Positions 38,830 to 49,299 of a stretch of DNA of 64,000 nucleotides are shown in pieces. The stretch lies in assembly GCA_965217185.1 (NCBI GenBank), contig OZ244252.1, forward strand, positions 3,872,001 through 3,936,000, in the 5' to 3' direction. A model generated the notes under the pieces. That model was not told where the DNA came from. It worked only from the letters and a program-made list of their open reading frames with translations, and searched no databases. The position numbers were made by a program, and so were the translations under genes. The stretch is from an uncultured Candidatus Entotheonella sp. (GTDB taxonomy: Bacteria > Tectomicrobia > Entotheonellia > Entotheonellales > Entotheonellaceae). Each line of letters opens with the position of its first letter. Position 1 is the first letter of the stretch.

Positions 38830-40794
38830 TCAAGGGACCGCAGTGAAAGAACCGCTCGATGGCAGCGGACTGATAACCAGCGTCAGGCCCCAGGTGTGCG
38901 GCGCGCCGGCGTCGGGCTGCACGGTGCCGGGGGCGAGAAGCCAGCCGCTGAGGAACGGAGCGTCGTGATCGACGAGGCGGCGGTCGTTGAAATAGTGGCG
39001 CAGCAGCACCTCCTGCATGTAGGCGAGGCGTCGGCTGCCGGACAGCGGGCTGTGCGCGAACACGGTTTGCCAGAGGCGTTCGTGCGGCGGTGGCTCGGGG
39101 CGCTGCGGCGCGTCGGGCAGAACCACGGATACGGCCTGTCCAGGGGCGATGGTGCCGAGGGGCGACGGATTGCCGCGGTGCAGGATGGCGGCGGCGTGCA
39201 GGGGCAGGGCGCCGGGGTTGTCGACCCGGACGCTCAGGCTTCCTGCCTGCCGTTCGGCATGCACCCGCAAGGGCGTCGGGGCCATGCCCTCCAACGAGAA
39301 CGCCCGCAGCGTCCAGGGTCCGAGGTCGATGTGGCGGATGGCCGTCGATTCGGCGGCGGCGACCTCGAGAGCCTCGCCGGCTGGCCCGGCGCCGCGCGTG
39401 AAGGTGTGGCGCATCATCGTTTCGGGCTGTTGCAGAGGCAGGGTGTAGCGCCCGCCGTGCACGGAAAACACCCCGACCGCGCCGCGCAAGCGGCTGTAAC
39501 CGGTGCCGGGCAGCACTTCCAGGGTCGTCAGATCAAACGCCAGGGCCGAACGGTGCAAGCTGTGCTGCGCCAGCAGGCTGTAGCCCGCGGCGGTGAACGC
39601 CAGGAGCAGCAGCGCCACAACGAGGCCGGTCGCGGCGGGGCGCAGGTGCTGCCGTTTGATGACCCAGAAGAGGCCGCCGAGGGCGCCGCAGTAAGCGGTC
39701 AGGAGCACGCCGAGGGTGACGTGCGAGGGGTAGAGCAGGACCGGGCGCGACAGGATTTCGACCGCCGGGTGCCGCTCATCGAGGAGGCCAAGTTCGGCGA
39801 ACACGCGGCTGAAGTCGATACGTTCGGCGGGTTGCAGTATGTCGTGCCACAGGGCCTGGTTGCCGTGCCAGCCGTCCAGAGGCTGGGTAGCGTAATCGAC
39901 CGCCAGAAAGACGACCCGGCCGTTGCCGAAGGCGCGTTGCGCCAGCAGCGGCGCGTCCGCGCTGCCAACCAGCACTTCCCCTTGCGTCAGGCGCGCCCGC
40001 ATGGCGATGAGCGGCGCCGGCTGCAGCGGCACGCCGTAATGCGCCGCCAATTCGGGCAGGCCGTCGCGCTGCTCCACGCCGAGCACCTGCACCGGCAGCA
40101 ACGCCTGCAGGCGCGGTTCTGTGAGCAAGGCGTAACGCGAATCGCTGGCCACTACCAGGGTGCCGCCGCCGGCGATCCACTGCCGCAGCGCCTTCGCCTG
40201 TGATTCCGATAGCGATTGCAGCGACAACCCCTTCAGCACCACGGCTGACACGCTGTCGTAGCCGTACCAGTGCTGCGGCAACTCGTCTTGCGGCAGATAG
40301 ACGATGCGGGTATGGGTGGGCAGCAGCGTCGCCAGAAAATCCAGGCTCAGGTCGCGCGTCAGGCCGAGGATGACCTGTTCGGCGCTCAGGGCTGTTCGCA
40401 GGTTGAGGCTCTGCTGTTGCAGCACCTCCTCGCCGCGGCGCAGAAACACCTCGACGGGTCGGCTGATGCTGGTGATCGGCACCGTGAAGGCGAACCGTTT
40501 GCGCGCCCGATGCGACAGCGATACCGGCTGCGTGAAGCTGGTGACGTGCAGGTCCCTCCGCATCTCGCTGCCGCGCCACACCCGCACGCCCAGCGTGCCG
40601 GTGACCGGCGGCCCGCTGTTGTGCAGCCGCACGATGATCTGGTTCCACTTCTCCAGCCGCACCGTCTCCTGCAGGCCCAGCCGCGCCTCCATCGTCACCT
40701 CGGCCCCCGCCAAGCCCGGCACTGCGGCCCACCACAGGCAGAGGATGAGGCGCTGTATCCATCGCATCGGTTGCTCCCATGCGGGTCGGGTCAT
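38830..40794 (-). CDS. Exported/membrane protein with glutamine-amidotransferase-like domain (MoxR operon)
   Basis: Signal peptide, LRQWIAGGGTLVV, FGNGRVVFLAVD and two TM helices. Start uncertain. Confidence 0.75.
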   Translation of the reverse strand: MTRPAWEQPMRWIQRLILCLWWAAVPGLAGAEVTMEARLGLQETVRLEKWNQIIVRLHNSGPPVTGTLGVRVWRGSEMRRDLHVTSFTQPVSLSHRARKRFAFTVPITSISRPVEVFLRRGEEVLQQQSLNLRTALSAEQVILGLTRDLSLDFLATLLPTHTRIVYLPQDELPQHWYGYDSVSAVVLKGLSLQSLSESQAKALRQWIAGGGTLVVASDSRYALLTEPRLQALLPVQVLGVEQRDGLPELAAHYGVPLQPAPLIAMRARLTQGEVLVGSADAPLLAQRAFGNGRVVFLAVDYATQPLDGWHGNQALWHDILQPAERIDFSRVFAELGLLDERHPAVEILSRPVLLYPSHVTLGVLLTAYCGALGGLFWVIKRQHLRPAATGLVVALLLLAFTAAGYSLLAQHSLHRSALAFDLTTLEVLPGTGYSRLRGAVGVFSVHGGRYTLPLQQPETMMRHTFTRGAGPAGEALEVAAAESTAIRHIDLGPWTLRAFSLEGMAPTPLRVHAERQAGSLSVRVDNPGALPLHAAAILHRGNPSPLGTIAPGQAVSVVLPDAPQRPEPPPHERLWQTVFAHSPLSGSRRLAYMQEVLLRHYFNDRRLVDHDAPFLSGWLLAPGTVQPDAGAPHTWGLTLVISPLPSSGSFTAVP

Positions 40795-40964
40795 CTGCGG
40801 GCGTAACCCGACGTTTCCGAAATTGTTTTGGGGTAAAGAGTCGCTGACAATTTACGCATTGTACTGAGTATTTTTACTCGCCATGATGAGTTGTTTAAGT
40901 ATGCCTGAGGTGGGGCGAAGGGGGAAATACGGCAACGCATAGATTCCAATTGAAGGAGCCAGAC

Positions 40965-41756
40965 ATGACGACAAACACCACGCAGGCCGCCACCCTGTTG
41001 GCGCAGAACCGGCTGCGGGGCGAGCGGCTGCCGGGATTGCCGGAGGCGTGCCGACCGGCGAGCGAGGACGCGGCGTATGCCGTGCAATTTGCGCTGCGCG
41101 AGCAGCTGATCCAGGCCGGCGGCGAGGGCCTGGCCGGCTACAAGATCGGCGCCACGAGCCGGGTGATGCAGGACTATCTGGACATTCACAACCCGTGCGG
41201 CGGCGGGGTGCTGGCGAACGGGGTGCATCCGTCGCCTGCCGAGGTGCCGTACGGCGGTTACGTCCATCCCGGCGTCGAGTGCGAGATCGCCGTGCGGTTG
41301 GCCGCCGACCTGCCGGCGGAGGCGGCGCCGTTTTCGCCGGCGCAGGTCGCCGAGGCGGTCGGGGCGTGCATGGCGGCGATCGAGATCGTCGATGACCGCT
41401 ATGCCGACTGGCGCTCGCTGGATACGCCGACGCTGATCGCCGACGACTTCTTTCAGGCGGGGATTGTCCTGGGGCCCGCCAACACGGACTGGCGCCGCCT
41501 CGACCTCGCCGCGCTGCCGGGCACGATGGTCATCAACGGCCAGGAACGCGGACGGGGCCTGGGCGGCGACGTGCTGGGGCACCCGTTGACGGCGCTGACC
41601 TGGCTGGCCAATCAACTCGCGGCGCACGGCATCGGCTTGCGCAGCGGCCAGGTCGTCCTCACGGGCAGCGTCGTGGCCACCCAATGGGTCGAGCGCGGCG
41701 ACCGGGTGCGGGTGGACGTCGAAGGGCTGGGCGCGGCCGAGGTTGTGTTCGCTTAA
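40965..41756 (+). CDS. 2-keto-4-pentenoate hydratase / FAA-hydrolase family
   Basis: GYKIGATS, GVECEIAV, AIEIVDDR, GHPL and VLTGS motifs. Confidence 0.9.
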   Translation: MTTNTTQAATLLAQNRLRGERLPGLPEACRPASEDAAYAVQFALREQLIQAGGEGLAGYKIGATSRVMQDYLDIHNPCGGGVLANGVHPSPAEVPYGGYVHPGVECEIAVRLAADLPAEAAPFSPAQVAEAVGACMAAIEIVDDRYADWRSLDTPTLIADDFFQAGIVLGPANTDWRRLDLAALPGTMVINGQERGRGLGGDVLGHPLTALTWLANQLAAHGIGLRSGQVVLTGSVVATQWVERGDRVRVDVEGLGAAEVVFA

Positions 41757-41863
41757 CAAACCTTGAACACGGTGCCGCCATAGTAAGCGCCAGTCGCCCC
41801 TTTGCCGCCCGGCGCCGGCGCCGGGAAGCTGAACGCCACCCGTGCTTCGGAGGAAATCACACC

Positions 41864-43591
41864 GTGTTGAATACCGTTTTGCAACCCGTTTTACTGGGCG
41901 CTTTGGCGCTCCTGATGGCCTGCATCCCGGCGCTGGCCCAACCCATGGCCGACTCGCCGCGGCAGGCCGTCCTGACGCTGATCGGCCGCTACGCCGAAAA
42001 CCAGGAATTGGACGCCGGCATGGCCGAAATCGTGGCCTGGCACCAGGCCAGCCACAGCATCCTGGTCATCAACGCCAAGGACGCCAGCGTGGACGTTCTG
42101 GACGCCAGCATGCTGACGAGCGCCGCCTTGGACAGCCCGCTGAGCGGGTCCAATCTGACTCGTCGGGGACGCATCCAGGTGGGCCGCGACGTGAGCATTG
42201 CGGCGGGCAGCGTCAACAGCGTGGCGGTCCGCGGCTCCCTGATGGCGGTGGCGGTGGAACACGACGACAAGCAGGCCGACGGCGTCATCGCCTTTTACAC
42301 CCTGGGCGGCGGCAAGGCCGCGTTTCAGAAACAGGTCGCCGCCGGGCCGCTGCCGGACAGCGTTGCTTTCACGCCGGACGGCGCCACCCTGTTGGTTGCC
42401 AACGAGGGGGAGCCGTCGGACGATTACACCCGTGACCCCGAGGGTTCGGTGACCCTCATTGCCGTGCGCGACGGCGTGGCCGCCGACACCGGCACTCGAG
42501 TCGGCTTTGCGGACTTCAACGCGGGCGGCGGTCGTGCGGACGAGCTGGGCGACGGGGTGCGCATTTCCCATCCCAAGGCCAGCGTAGCCCAGGACCTCGA
42601 GCCGGAATTCGTCGCCGTGTCGGCCGACAACACGACGGCCTACGTCAGCCTGCAGGAAAACAACGCCCTGGCGGTCATCGACATTGCCGGTCGCCAGGCG
42701 CGCCGCATCATCGGCCTTGGCGCCAAGGACCACGGCGCGGCGGGCAACGGCCTCGACACCAGCAACAAGGACGGCGCCATCAACATCCGCACCGTGGACG
42801 GCCTGACGGGCCTGTACATGCCGGACACCATCGCTGCCTTTGCCCACGACGGCGCGAACTACGTTCTGACGGCCAACGAGGGCGATGCACGCGAGTATTT
42901 CTTCGATGCCGACGAGGCCGCCTGCAGCGCCGCCGGCAGCATGGACTGGGACGAGGACGACGGCTGCCTGGCCTGGAGCGATGAGAAGCGGGTGCGCAAG
43001 CTGGAGCTTGACGCGACGGTCTTCCCGGACGCTAAGTCCCTGCAGAAGAAGAAAAACCTGGGGCGCCTCAAGGCCGTGGCCACCGAGGGCGACATCGACG
43101 GGGACGGCGACCACGACGCGATTGTCGCCTTTGGGGCGCGCTCGTTCAGCATCTGGGATGCCGACAGCGGCGAGCAGGTGTTCGATTCCGGCGATGATTT
43201 CGAGCGCATCACCGCCGAGGCGCTCGGCACCACGGGCTTCAACGCCACCGACGACGAAAACGGCTTCGACGACCGCTCCGACGACAAAGGCCCGGAACCA
43301 GAAGCCCTGGCCGTCGGTGAGGTTGGCGGCAGGCGCTACGCCTTCATCGGCCTGGAGCGCACTGGCGGCATCGTGGTTTACGACATCACCCAGCCGTCGG
43401 CAGCGGCGTTCGTGCAATACGTCACCAACCGCAACTACACGGTGGACATCGAAGACAATCTTCCGCAGGCTGGCGACTTGGCGCCGGAGGGCATGACGTT
43501 CGTTCCCGCCGCCGACAGTCCCACCGGTCACGCGCTGTTGATCGTTGGCAACGAGGTGTCCGGCACCGTGGCGGTGTACGAAGTCCGGTGA
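41864..43591 (+). CDS. Choice-of-anchor I family beta-propeller (alkaline-phosphatase-associated)
   Basis: ANEGEP, DLEPE, LQENNA, ANEGDAR and RSDDKGPEPE motifs. Signal peptide and GGAGG RBS. Confidence 0.88.
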   Translation: MLNTVLQPVLLGALALLMACIPALAQPMADSPRQAVLTLIGRYAENQELDAGMAEIVAWHQASHSILVINAKDASVDVLDASMLTSAALDSPLSGSNLTRRGRIQVGRDVSIAAGSVNSVAVRGSLMAVAVEHDDKQADGVIAFYTLGGGKAAFQKQVAAGPLPDSVAFTPDGATLLVANEGEPSDDYTRDPEGSVTLIAVRDGVAADTGTRVGFADFNAGGGRADELGDGVRISHPKASVAQDLEPEFVAVSADNTTAYVSLQENNALAVIDIAGRQARRIIGLGAKDHGAAGNGLDTSNKDGAINIRTVDGLTGLYMPDTIAAFAHDGANYVLTANEGDAREYFFDADEAACSAAGSMDWDEDDGCLAWSDEKRVRKLELDATVFPDAKSLQKKKNLGRLKAVATEGDIDGDGDHDAIVAFGARSFSIWDADSGEQVFDSGDDFERITAEALGTTGFNATDDENGFDDRSDDKGPEPEALAVGEVGGRRYAFIGLERTGGIVVYDITQPSAAAFVQYVTNRNYTVDIEDNLPQAGDLAPEGMTFVPAADSPTGHALLIVGNEVSGTVAVYEVR

Positions 43592-43642
43592 GGCACCATC
43601 GGTGTCCATATTCCCTGATCCACGAACCAAGAAAGGAGGAAC

Positions 43643-44032
43643 GTGATGCACAACATCGTTCACAACGTTGGGGTTGCCTCGCAGATCGGCAGCTACAGCG
43701 ACGCGATTGAAGTGCCGCCGGGCGCCCGTTGGCTGTTCACCTCGGGGACGCCGGGCCTTGCCCTGGACGGTGGGTTGCCGGCCGACGTTGCCGGCCAGGC
43801 CGAGCTGGCCTGGGGCCACATTGTGAACACGCTCAAGTCGGCGGGCATGACGGTCAACGATTTGGTCAAAGTAACCCACTACCTGCTGCACGAGCAGGAC
43901 ATCCCGGATTATGTCAAGGTCCGATCCCGTTTCCTGGGCGACGCGCGACCGGCATCGATGTTGCTCACCGGTGCCGGTTTGGTAAGGAGCGAGTTTCTGC
44001 TCGAGATTGAGGCCGTCGCGGCAAAGGTCTAG
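43643..44032 (+). CDS. RidA/YjgF family protein
   Basis: YSDAIEV..FTSG, RPASML and LEIEAVA motifs. Confidence 0.9.
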   Translation: MMHNIVHNVGVASQIGSYSDAIEVPPGARWLFTSGTPGLALDGGLPADVAGQAELAWGHIVNTLKSAGMTVNDLVKVTHYLLHEQDIPDYVKVRSRFLGDARPASMLLTGAGLVRSEFLLEIEAVAAKV

Positions 44033-44141
44033 GCTCGGCGAACGCGGTCTGTCTATTCGGTGCGGGACAAGGAACCCGGCTTGTTGTTGCTGCGGCGAGT
44101 GGCGCCGTCATGGCCGGGCCTACCCGCCGGCGGGAAATGAT

Positions 44142-44295
44142 TCACCCCCCTTTGAAGCGGTTCCAGTTCGGTGTGGCACGTAACAATGCGAGCCCAGCGG
44201 CCAAATGTTCCCTCAGCCTGGGATGACCGTGCTCTGGCGCGAACCACTGGAAGTATCTGTTCTTTAATCGACCGCTGGCCAATCCCGGGGTTTTC
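44142..44295 (-). pseudogene. C-terminal relic of a P63C-domain protein
   Basis: RYFQWFAPEHGHPRLREHLAAGLALLRATPNW, with no start codon of its own. Confidence 0.55.
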
Positions 44296-44298
44296 CGT

Positions 44299-45693
44299 TC
44301 AGAACTCCCAGCGCAAGCGCATTCCCACACCGTCCACCGTACCGCCTTCCTGGTTTCTCCGTTCGTCCAGATTGTCGACTTCGGCATGGACGTAGTTCAA
44401 CGACAAGCGGACATAGGGGTTGAAATACCAGTTCAACGCCAGCGAGACATTATTGCTGACGCCGCCGCGAACCCCGCCCACGAGGTCGTCAACCTCGTCG
44501 TCGAGATCGATACGGCTGACGCGTGCCGCGACTTCAAACGCACCCCAGCCGCCGCTGCCCCACGGATCGAACTCGCGATGCGGCGTCACGCGCCAGAACG
44601 AGCCGAGGCGCTGATAGTAATTGCGCGACTCACCGGTCAGGAAATAACTGCCAAGCAGGTAGTAGCCGTTGAACGACAGGTCGGGATAGGCGGCGCCGCC
44701 CGGGCCGGCGTCGCGGTCGATGCCGACGCGCTGAAGCTCGCCCTGAACCGACCACCGCCCGTAGACGCCGGCGAGTTCCAGCGCCGTGTAATGGTAGCTG
44801 TCGATATACCCGATGCGCCCCGTGTCCACGACGATGCCCTCCTCATCGATACGGAGTTCCGGGCGGGCTCCGAAGCGCTCGCCACCGCTGGCCTCCCCTT
44901 CCAAGATGGTGGGCTTGCGCCAATAGCCGGCGAGGCCGAAGTGAAGCGCCTTCGTTCGCTCGACGATGGGTGCGTAGGTTGCGCGGCCATGCACGCCATA
45001 GCCTTCCCGGTCATCGCCCATCTCCTTGACGGGCACGCTCCAGACGCCGAGCCGGACATTGTGATGGGCGCCGCGGTGCGATACCGAGGCACCGAGCGAG
45101 GGCGTGCCCGGCGCGTAGGCGAAGGCGCCCGAGGACATCGACTCCTCCATGAACGCGCGTATGCCGCGTGCCGCGTCGAGGGGCGACGCGACGTTGTGCT
45201 GGCCGACTCGTATCCACCACGGATCGAAACCGCGGTAAATGATCACAACGGAACGCAGGCCGTCGCTGAAACGGTCGTCGCGATCAGTGAAGTTCCACGA
45301 CCCGAAGACAATGAAGTCCTTGTAGAGTAGCGCGTTGGCGAGCAGGACCGCGCGCCGGTCGCGCACGCCGTCTTCAAGATTGTCGATTGCCGTGCCGCCG
45401 CGTGTGCCCGATTTCCCATAGTGTCCGGCATCGAAGTCGAGCAGCAAACCGGCGCCGACGCTGAGGTTGCCGTCGCGGCTGGTGTAGCGCGGCAGCGGGC
45501 CGAAGAACGCCCTCTCCGGGTCGTAGGCGCGGGTACCGGCGCCTACGAGCGCCTTGTCTTCGACGGCTTCTTCTCGGTCTGTCGGTGCAGTTTGCTCCTG
45601 CGTTGCGGTAGACACCGCAACGAGCGATACCATGACCAGGACGGCCATGAAGATGACGCATTTATACGACACGTGTTCGAGTCCTTTTCCCAT
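44299..45693 (-). CDS. OprO/OprP-family porin
   Basis: Signal peptide, ARPE, GYYLLGSYFLTGESR, FEVAARVS, LNWYFNP and a terminal F. Confidence 0.88.
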   Translation of the reverse strand: MGKGLEHVSYKCVIFMAVLVMVSLVAVSTATQEQTAPTDREEAVEDKALVGAGTRAYDPERAFFGPLPRYTSRDGNLSVGAGLLLDFDAGHYGKSGTRGGTAIDNLEDGVRDRRAVLLANALLYKDFIVFGSWNFTDRDDRFSDGLRSVVIIYRGFDPWWIRVGQHNVASPLDAARGIRAFMEESMSSGAFAYAPGTPSLGASVSHRGAHHNVRLGVWSVPVKEMGDDREGYGVHGRATYAPIVERTKALHFGLAGYWRKPTILEGEASGGERFGARPELRIDEEGIVVDTGRIGYIDSYHYTALELAGVYGRWSVQGELQRVGIDRDAGPGGAAYPDLSFNGYYLLGSYFLTGESRNYYQRLGSFWRVTPHREFDPWGSGGWGAFEVAARVSRIDLDDEVDDLVGGVRGGVSNNVSLALNWYFNPYVRLSLNYVHAEVDNLDERRNQEGGTVDGVGMRLRWEF

Positions 45694-45748
45694 TCATATC
45701 CTTCCGAGCAATGAGCCTGATCAATGGCCCGAAGTTTAGCAGCGTGTC

Positions 45749-46639
45749 CTACCGCGCCGGCACGTAGCATTGGTACCAGGCGATGGTTTCGCGCATCACT
45801 TCGGAGAAGGCGGGCTCGTTATAGACTTCGTAATGGCCGTAGCCTTTGAGGGTCACGAGTTTCTTGGGCTCGCCGGCGCGCTCGTACAGGGCAATCGACT
45901 CTTCCGGCGGCACCAGACGATCCTGGTCGCTGGTGATGAACAGCGCGGCGCGTGGCGCGATCTTGTCGACCACCCATTCGGGGTTGAAGACGAGCGTTTC
46001 GTCGACATAATCGAGGGGCAAGGTGCCGACCGCCGCCGGATTGTTTTGGCGCGCCGCGGTGGCAAGTTCGAGCGATTGGCGATCGGGCAACAGCACGGTG
46101 TTTCGCTCGACGTAGGTTGACTCGCCGGTGCGCAGGCGGTGCTCGCGATCGGCGGCGCTCTGCTCCAGCAGGTCGAACCATTCGTCGGGCCGCCGGACGC
46201 TGCGCATCCAGCGCTTGCCGTGGCCGATCCCGACCACCGAGACCATGCACTTGACGCGCTCATCGACGGCGGCGAGCCACACCACCGTGGCGCCGCCATA
46301 GCTCGTGCCGTACACGCCAAGGCGCTCCGCGTCGACCTCCGGCTGCAGGGCGAGAAAGGTGAGCGCGGTTTGCGCATCGGCCACGCGGCCGTGCGGATTG
46401 AGGTGACCCTTCGGTCCTTCACTCTCGCCCCAGCCCTTGTAGTCGAACGCCAGCACGACATAGCCTTCCGCGACCAACGCCGCCGCATTGTCCGGCAGAT
46501 ACAAATCTTTCACGCCCGTATAGCCGTGGCACAGCAAAATCCCCGCCCGCGTCTCGCCGTCGCCGAGATCGTCCGGACGGTAGAGATCGCCCATCAACTT
46601 GCAGCCTTGGGAATAAAATGTCACCGCCTGCTTGCTCAT
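45749..46639 (-). CDS. Alpha/beta hydrolase
   Basis: CHGYTG, FDYKGWGESEG, GTSYGG nucleophile elbow and GHYE motifs. Confidence 0.9.
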   Translation of the reverse strand: MSKQAVTFYSQGCKLMGDLYRPDDLGDGETRAGILLCHGYTGVKDLYLPDNAAALVAEGYVVLAFDYKGWGESEGPKGHLNPHGRVADAQTALTFLALQPEVDAERLGVYGTSYGGATVVWLAAVDERVKCMVSVVGIGHGKRWMRSVRRPDEWFDLLEQSAADREHRLRTGESTYVERNTVLLPDRQSLELATAARQNNPAAVGTLPLDYVDETLVFNPEWVVDKIAPRAALFITSDQDRLVPPEESIALYERAGEPKKLVTLKGYGHYEVYNEPAFSEVMRETIAWYQCYVPAR

Positions 46640-46731
46640 CGCTGCCTCTCTATGGTCTTGATGAAGTTACGCACTTGGCACCTTGTTAACCCATCTGGAG
46701 GTGTCTCTTCCAGAAGTAGTCGCCTGGACGA

Positions 46732-46765
46732 ATGTCGGTCGGATTAGCGAAGCGTAATCCGACAT
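46732..46765. repeat. REP-like palindrome (second copy)
   Basis: atgtcggtcggattagcgaagcgtaatccgacat. Confidence 0.72.
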
Positions 46766-46907
46766 GCCTCTGCGAAAACCCGACGCCCCGGCACTGCATC
46801 GCCGTCCAAGGGGCGGACTGTTCCCATAGCGCCGAGACTGAGGACGTCGCCGGGACGCAACCGCTGCCATGGGTCGTTGACGTGTTTGCAAGTAGTATGT
46901 GAGGGGT

Positions 46908-46924
46908 ACTTGTTATTTGCAAGT
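46908..46924. promoter_or_regulatory. Candidate HxlR operator
   Basis: ACTTG-N7-CAAGT inverted repeat. TTTGCAAGT also occurs at 46885. Confidence 0.45.
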
Positions 46925-46950
46925 GATTCCAAAGCCGGTATGCTAGGCAC

Positions 46951-47367
46951 ATGATTTACGAATCCAATCAATGCCCAATCCGGTTTGTGCTCGGCGTCTT
47001 CGGGGATCGCTGGTCGTTGTTGATTATCCGCGACTTGATGTTTCGCGGCTCTACCCGGTTTCAGGATTTCCTGGATGCCGGTGAAGGCATTTCGACCAAC
47101 GTGCTGTCCGACCGGCTGCGTCGACTTGAAACGCGGCGCATCATCAGCCGGAAAAAGGATCCGGCCAACGGGCGCCAAGTCCTGTACGAGCTGACTGACA
47201 AGGGCAGGGATTTGCTCCCCGTCATGCTGGCGATGATGGACTGGGCCGAAAAGTATGATCCGGAGAGCAATGTTTCCGGCGAGTTGGCCGAACGAATACG
47301 GACTGATTTTTTCGGGGTCCGCGACGAGATGCTGGCCGCCATCAATCATTCAAGCCCGGCAACTTGA
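46951..47367 (+). CDS. HxlR-family winged-helix regulator
   Basis: CPI..FGDRWSLLIIRDL..ISTNVLSDRL..YELTDKG motif. Confidence 0.92.
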   Translation: MIYESNQCPIRFVLGVFGDRWSLLIIRDLMFRGSTRFQDFLDAGEGISTNVLSDRLRRLETRRIISRKKDPANGRQVLYELTDKGRDLLPVMLAMMDWAEKYDPESNVSGELAERIRTDFFGVRDEMLAAINHSSPAT

Positions 47368-47481
47368 GTCGCGCATGGGCAATGGCGCCAAGTAGACGTG
47401 GTGCGACCGGCCCGTCGCCGCCGGTTGGGTGCGCCGCGTTGTTAGTTACGATAAATCCAGTGAGGTAGGGGAGGAAGTACC

Positions 47482-48465
47482 TTGGCCGAAAGGACAGTAA
47501 AAGCGATCCGTATTCACGAGACGGGTGGGCCCGACGTCATGCGTTGGGAGGACGTATCGGTCGGCGATCCGGGCGCGGGCGAGGTCCGCCTCCGTCATAC
47601 CGCAGTCGGCCTGAACTATATCGATATCCAACAACGGTCCGGCGGCTATCCGATGAACGACTTGCCCGTCGTCTTGGGCATGGAAGGCGCCGGGGTGATC
47701 GATGCGGTCGGGCCTGAGGTGGCCGGTTTTGCTACTGGCGACCGCGTTTCCTATTGCATGGTGCGCGGCAGCTATTCCGAACAACGGCCGATCGGCGCCA
47801 ATCATCTGATCAAGCTGGATGACAGGACGACCGAAGAGACCGCCGCGGCGGCGACGCTCCAGGGCCTGACGGCGCATTATCTGGTGCGCGACCTCTATAA
47901 GGTGAAACCCGGAGACACAGCGCTGGTCCATGCCGCCGCCGGCGGTGTCGGCCTGCTGCTCTGCCAATGGGCGAAGCATCTGGGCGCAACCGTCATCGGC
48001 ACGGTGGGAAGCAAGGAAAAAGCCGCTCTGGCCCAGGCTCACGGATGCGATCACCCGGTCCTTTATCGCGAGGTTGATTTCGGCGAAGCGGTGCTCGATC
48101 TCACGCAAGGAAAGGGCGCCAACGTCATTTATGACGCCGTCGGCAAGGACACGTTTGATAAAGGAATCGACGTACTGGCCGAACGCGGCTGGATGGTTTC
48201 CTTTGGCCAATCCTCGGGGCCGGCGCCGCTGCTGAATACCGCCCGCCTGGCGATGAAAGCGCAAAACGTGACACGCGGTGGCCTGTATTTCTTCGTGAAG
48301 GACCCCGAGATTCGAGCGCGCAACGCCGCCGAGCTTTTCGGCTTGATCGCCGACGGTGTTTTGAAAGTCGAGATCAACCAGCGGTACAAGTTGAGCGATA
48401 CGGCACAGGCCCACGCCGACCTGGAAGCGCGCAAGACCACCGGCTCAACCATCCTGATGCCGTAG
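47482..48465 (+). CDS. qor: NADPH:quinone oxidoreductase (zeta-crystallin type)
   Basis: GLNYID, LGMEGAG, HAAAGGVG, FGQSSG and RKTTGS motifs. Confidence 0.92.
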   Translation: MAERTVKAIRIHETGGPDVMRWEDVSVGDPGAGEVRLRHTAVGLNYIDIQQRSGGYPMNDLPVVLGMEGAGVIDAVGPEVAGFATGDRVSYCMVRGSYSEQRPIGANHLIKLDDRTTEETAAAATLQGLTAHYLVRDLYKVKPGDTALVHAAAGGVGLLLCQWAKHLGATVIGTVGSKEKAALAQAHGCDHPVLYREVDFGEAVLDLTQGKGANVIYDAVGKDTFDKGIDVLAERGWMVSFGQSSGPAPLLNTARLAMKAQNVTRGGLYFFVKDPEIRARNAAELFGLIADGVLKVEINQRYKLSDTAQAHADLEARKTTGSTILMP

Positions 48466-48485
48466 GGCGAATAAGGGATTAAATC

Positions 48486-49274
48486 ATGCTTCCACAAGCT
48501 TTTGACGTGACCGACAAAGTGGTTTTCATTACCGGAGCGGGGCGGGGCATCGGCAAGGGCATTGCCCAAGTGCTCGCCGAGGCCGGCGCCGACGTGGCGA
48601 TCAACTCGCTGACCCCGCGCTACGTCGAGGGCGTTGCGGCCGAGATCGCCGAAGCCAGCGGCCGCAAGGTGGTACCGGTGATCGAGGACGTCACCAACAC
48701 CGACGGTGTGCAACGGGCGATCGACTTGGTCATGGAGACCTTTGGGCGCATTGACGTTCTGATCAATAATCTGGGTGACGCCATTTACAAGCCGCTGGTG
48801 GCTCTGCCTGGGCAAGAAACGGCTGCCCTGACCGACGAGGAACTCAACCGCGTCATGGACGTCAATCTCACCGAGGCGATCCTGTGCACCCGCGCCGTCG
48901 GGCCGCACATGCTGGAGCGCCGATCGGGCAAGGTGATCAACATTTCGTCCTGGACCGCCCGGCAAGGCGGCGGCGACATGGTGGTGTACTCAATTGCCAA
49001 AACGGGTTTGGCCGGCTTTACGCGGGCGCAGGCGCTCGAATGGGCGCCGTATGGGGTGCACGTGAACAGTATCGCGCCGGGCATTTTCCCCGATCCGGTG
49101 ACGGTCGGCGACGACGGCATGCAGCGAGCCACGGACATGGCGGCGCGCCGCGTGCCCTTGACACGCCCCGGCAAACTGCGCGAGGTGGGCTATCTGGCGC
49201 TCTATCTCGCGTCGGCCGCGTCCGATTACATGACCGGACAGACCATTTTTCTGGATGGTGGCATGAGTCTGTAG
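48486..49274 (+). CDS. SDR-family oxidoreductase
   Basis: TGAGRGIG, YSIAK and VNSIAPG motifs. Confidence 0.92.
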   Translation: MLPQAFDVTDKVVFITGAGRGIGKGIAQVLAEAGADVAINSLTPRYVEGVAAEIAEASGRKVVPVIEDVTNTDGVQRAIDLVMETFGRIDVLINNLGDAIYKPLVALPGQETAALTDEELNRVMDVNLTEAILCTRAVGPHMLERRSGKVINISSWTARQGGGDMVVYSIAKTGLAGFTRAQALEWAPYGVHVNSIAPGIFPDPVTVGDDGMQRATDMAARRVPLTRPGKLREVGYLALYLASAASDYMTGQTIFLDGGMSL

Positions 49275-49299
49275 GGTGTTGTGCCTTTGGAGGGCGGAG

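Noticed and set aside
38686..40203. 505-aa plus-strand ORF
   Set aside because: Antisense shadow of the 38830-40794 gene.
41891..43891. 666-aa minus-strand ORF
   Set aside because: Antisense shadow of the choice-of-anchor I and RidA genes.
46770..46870. LRPGDVLSLGAMG fragment resembling a hydratase C-terminus (minus strand)
   Set aside because: Too short to support a call.
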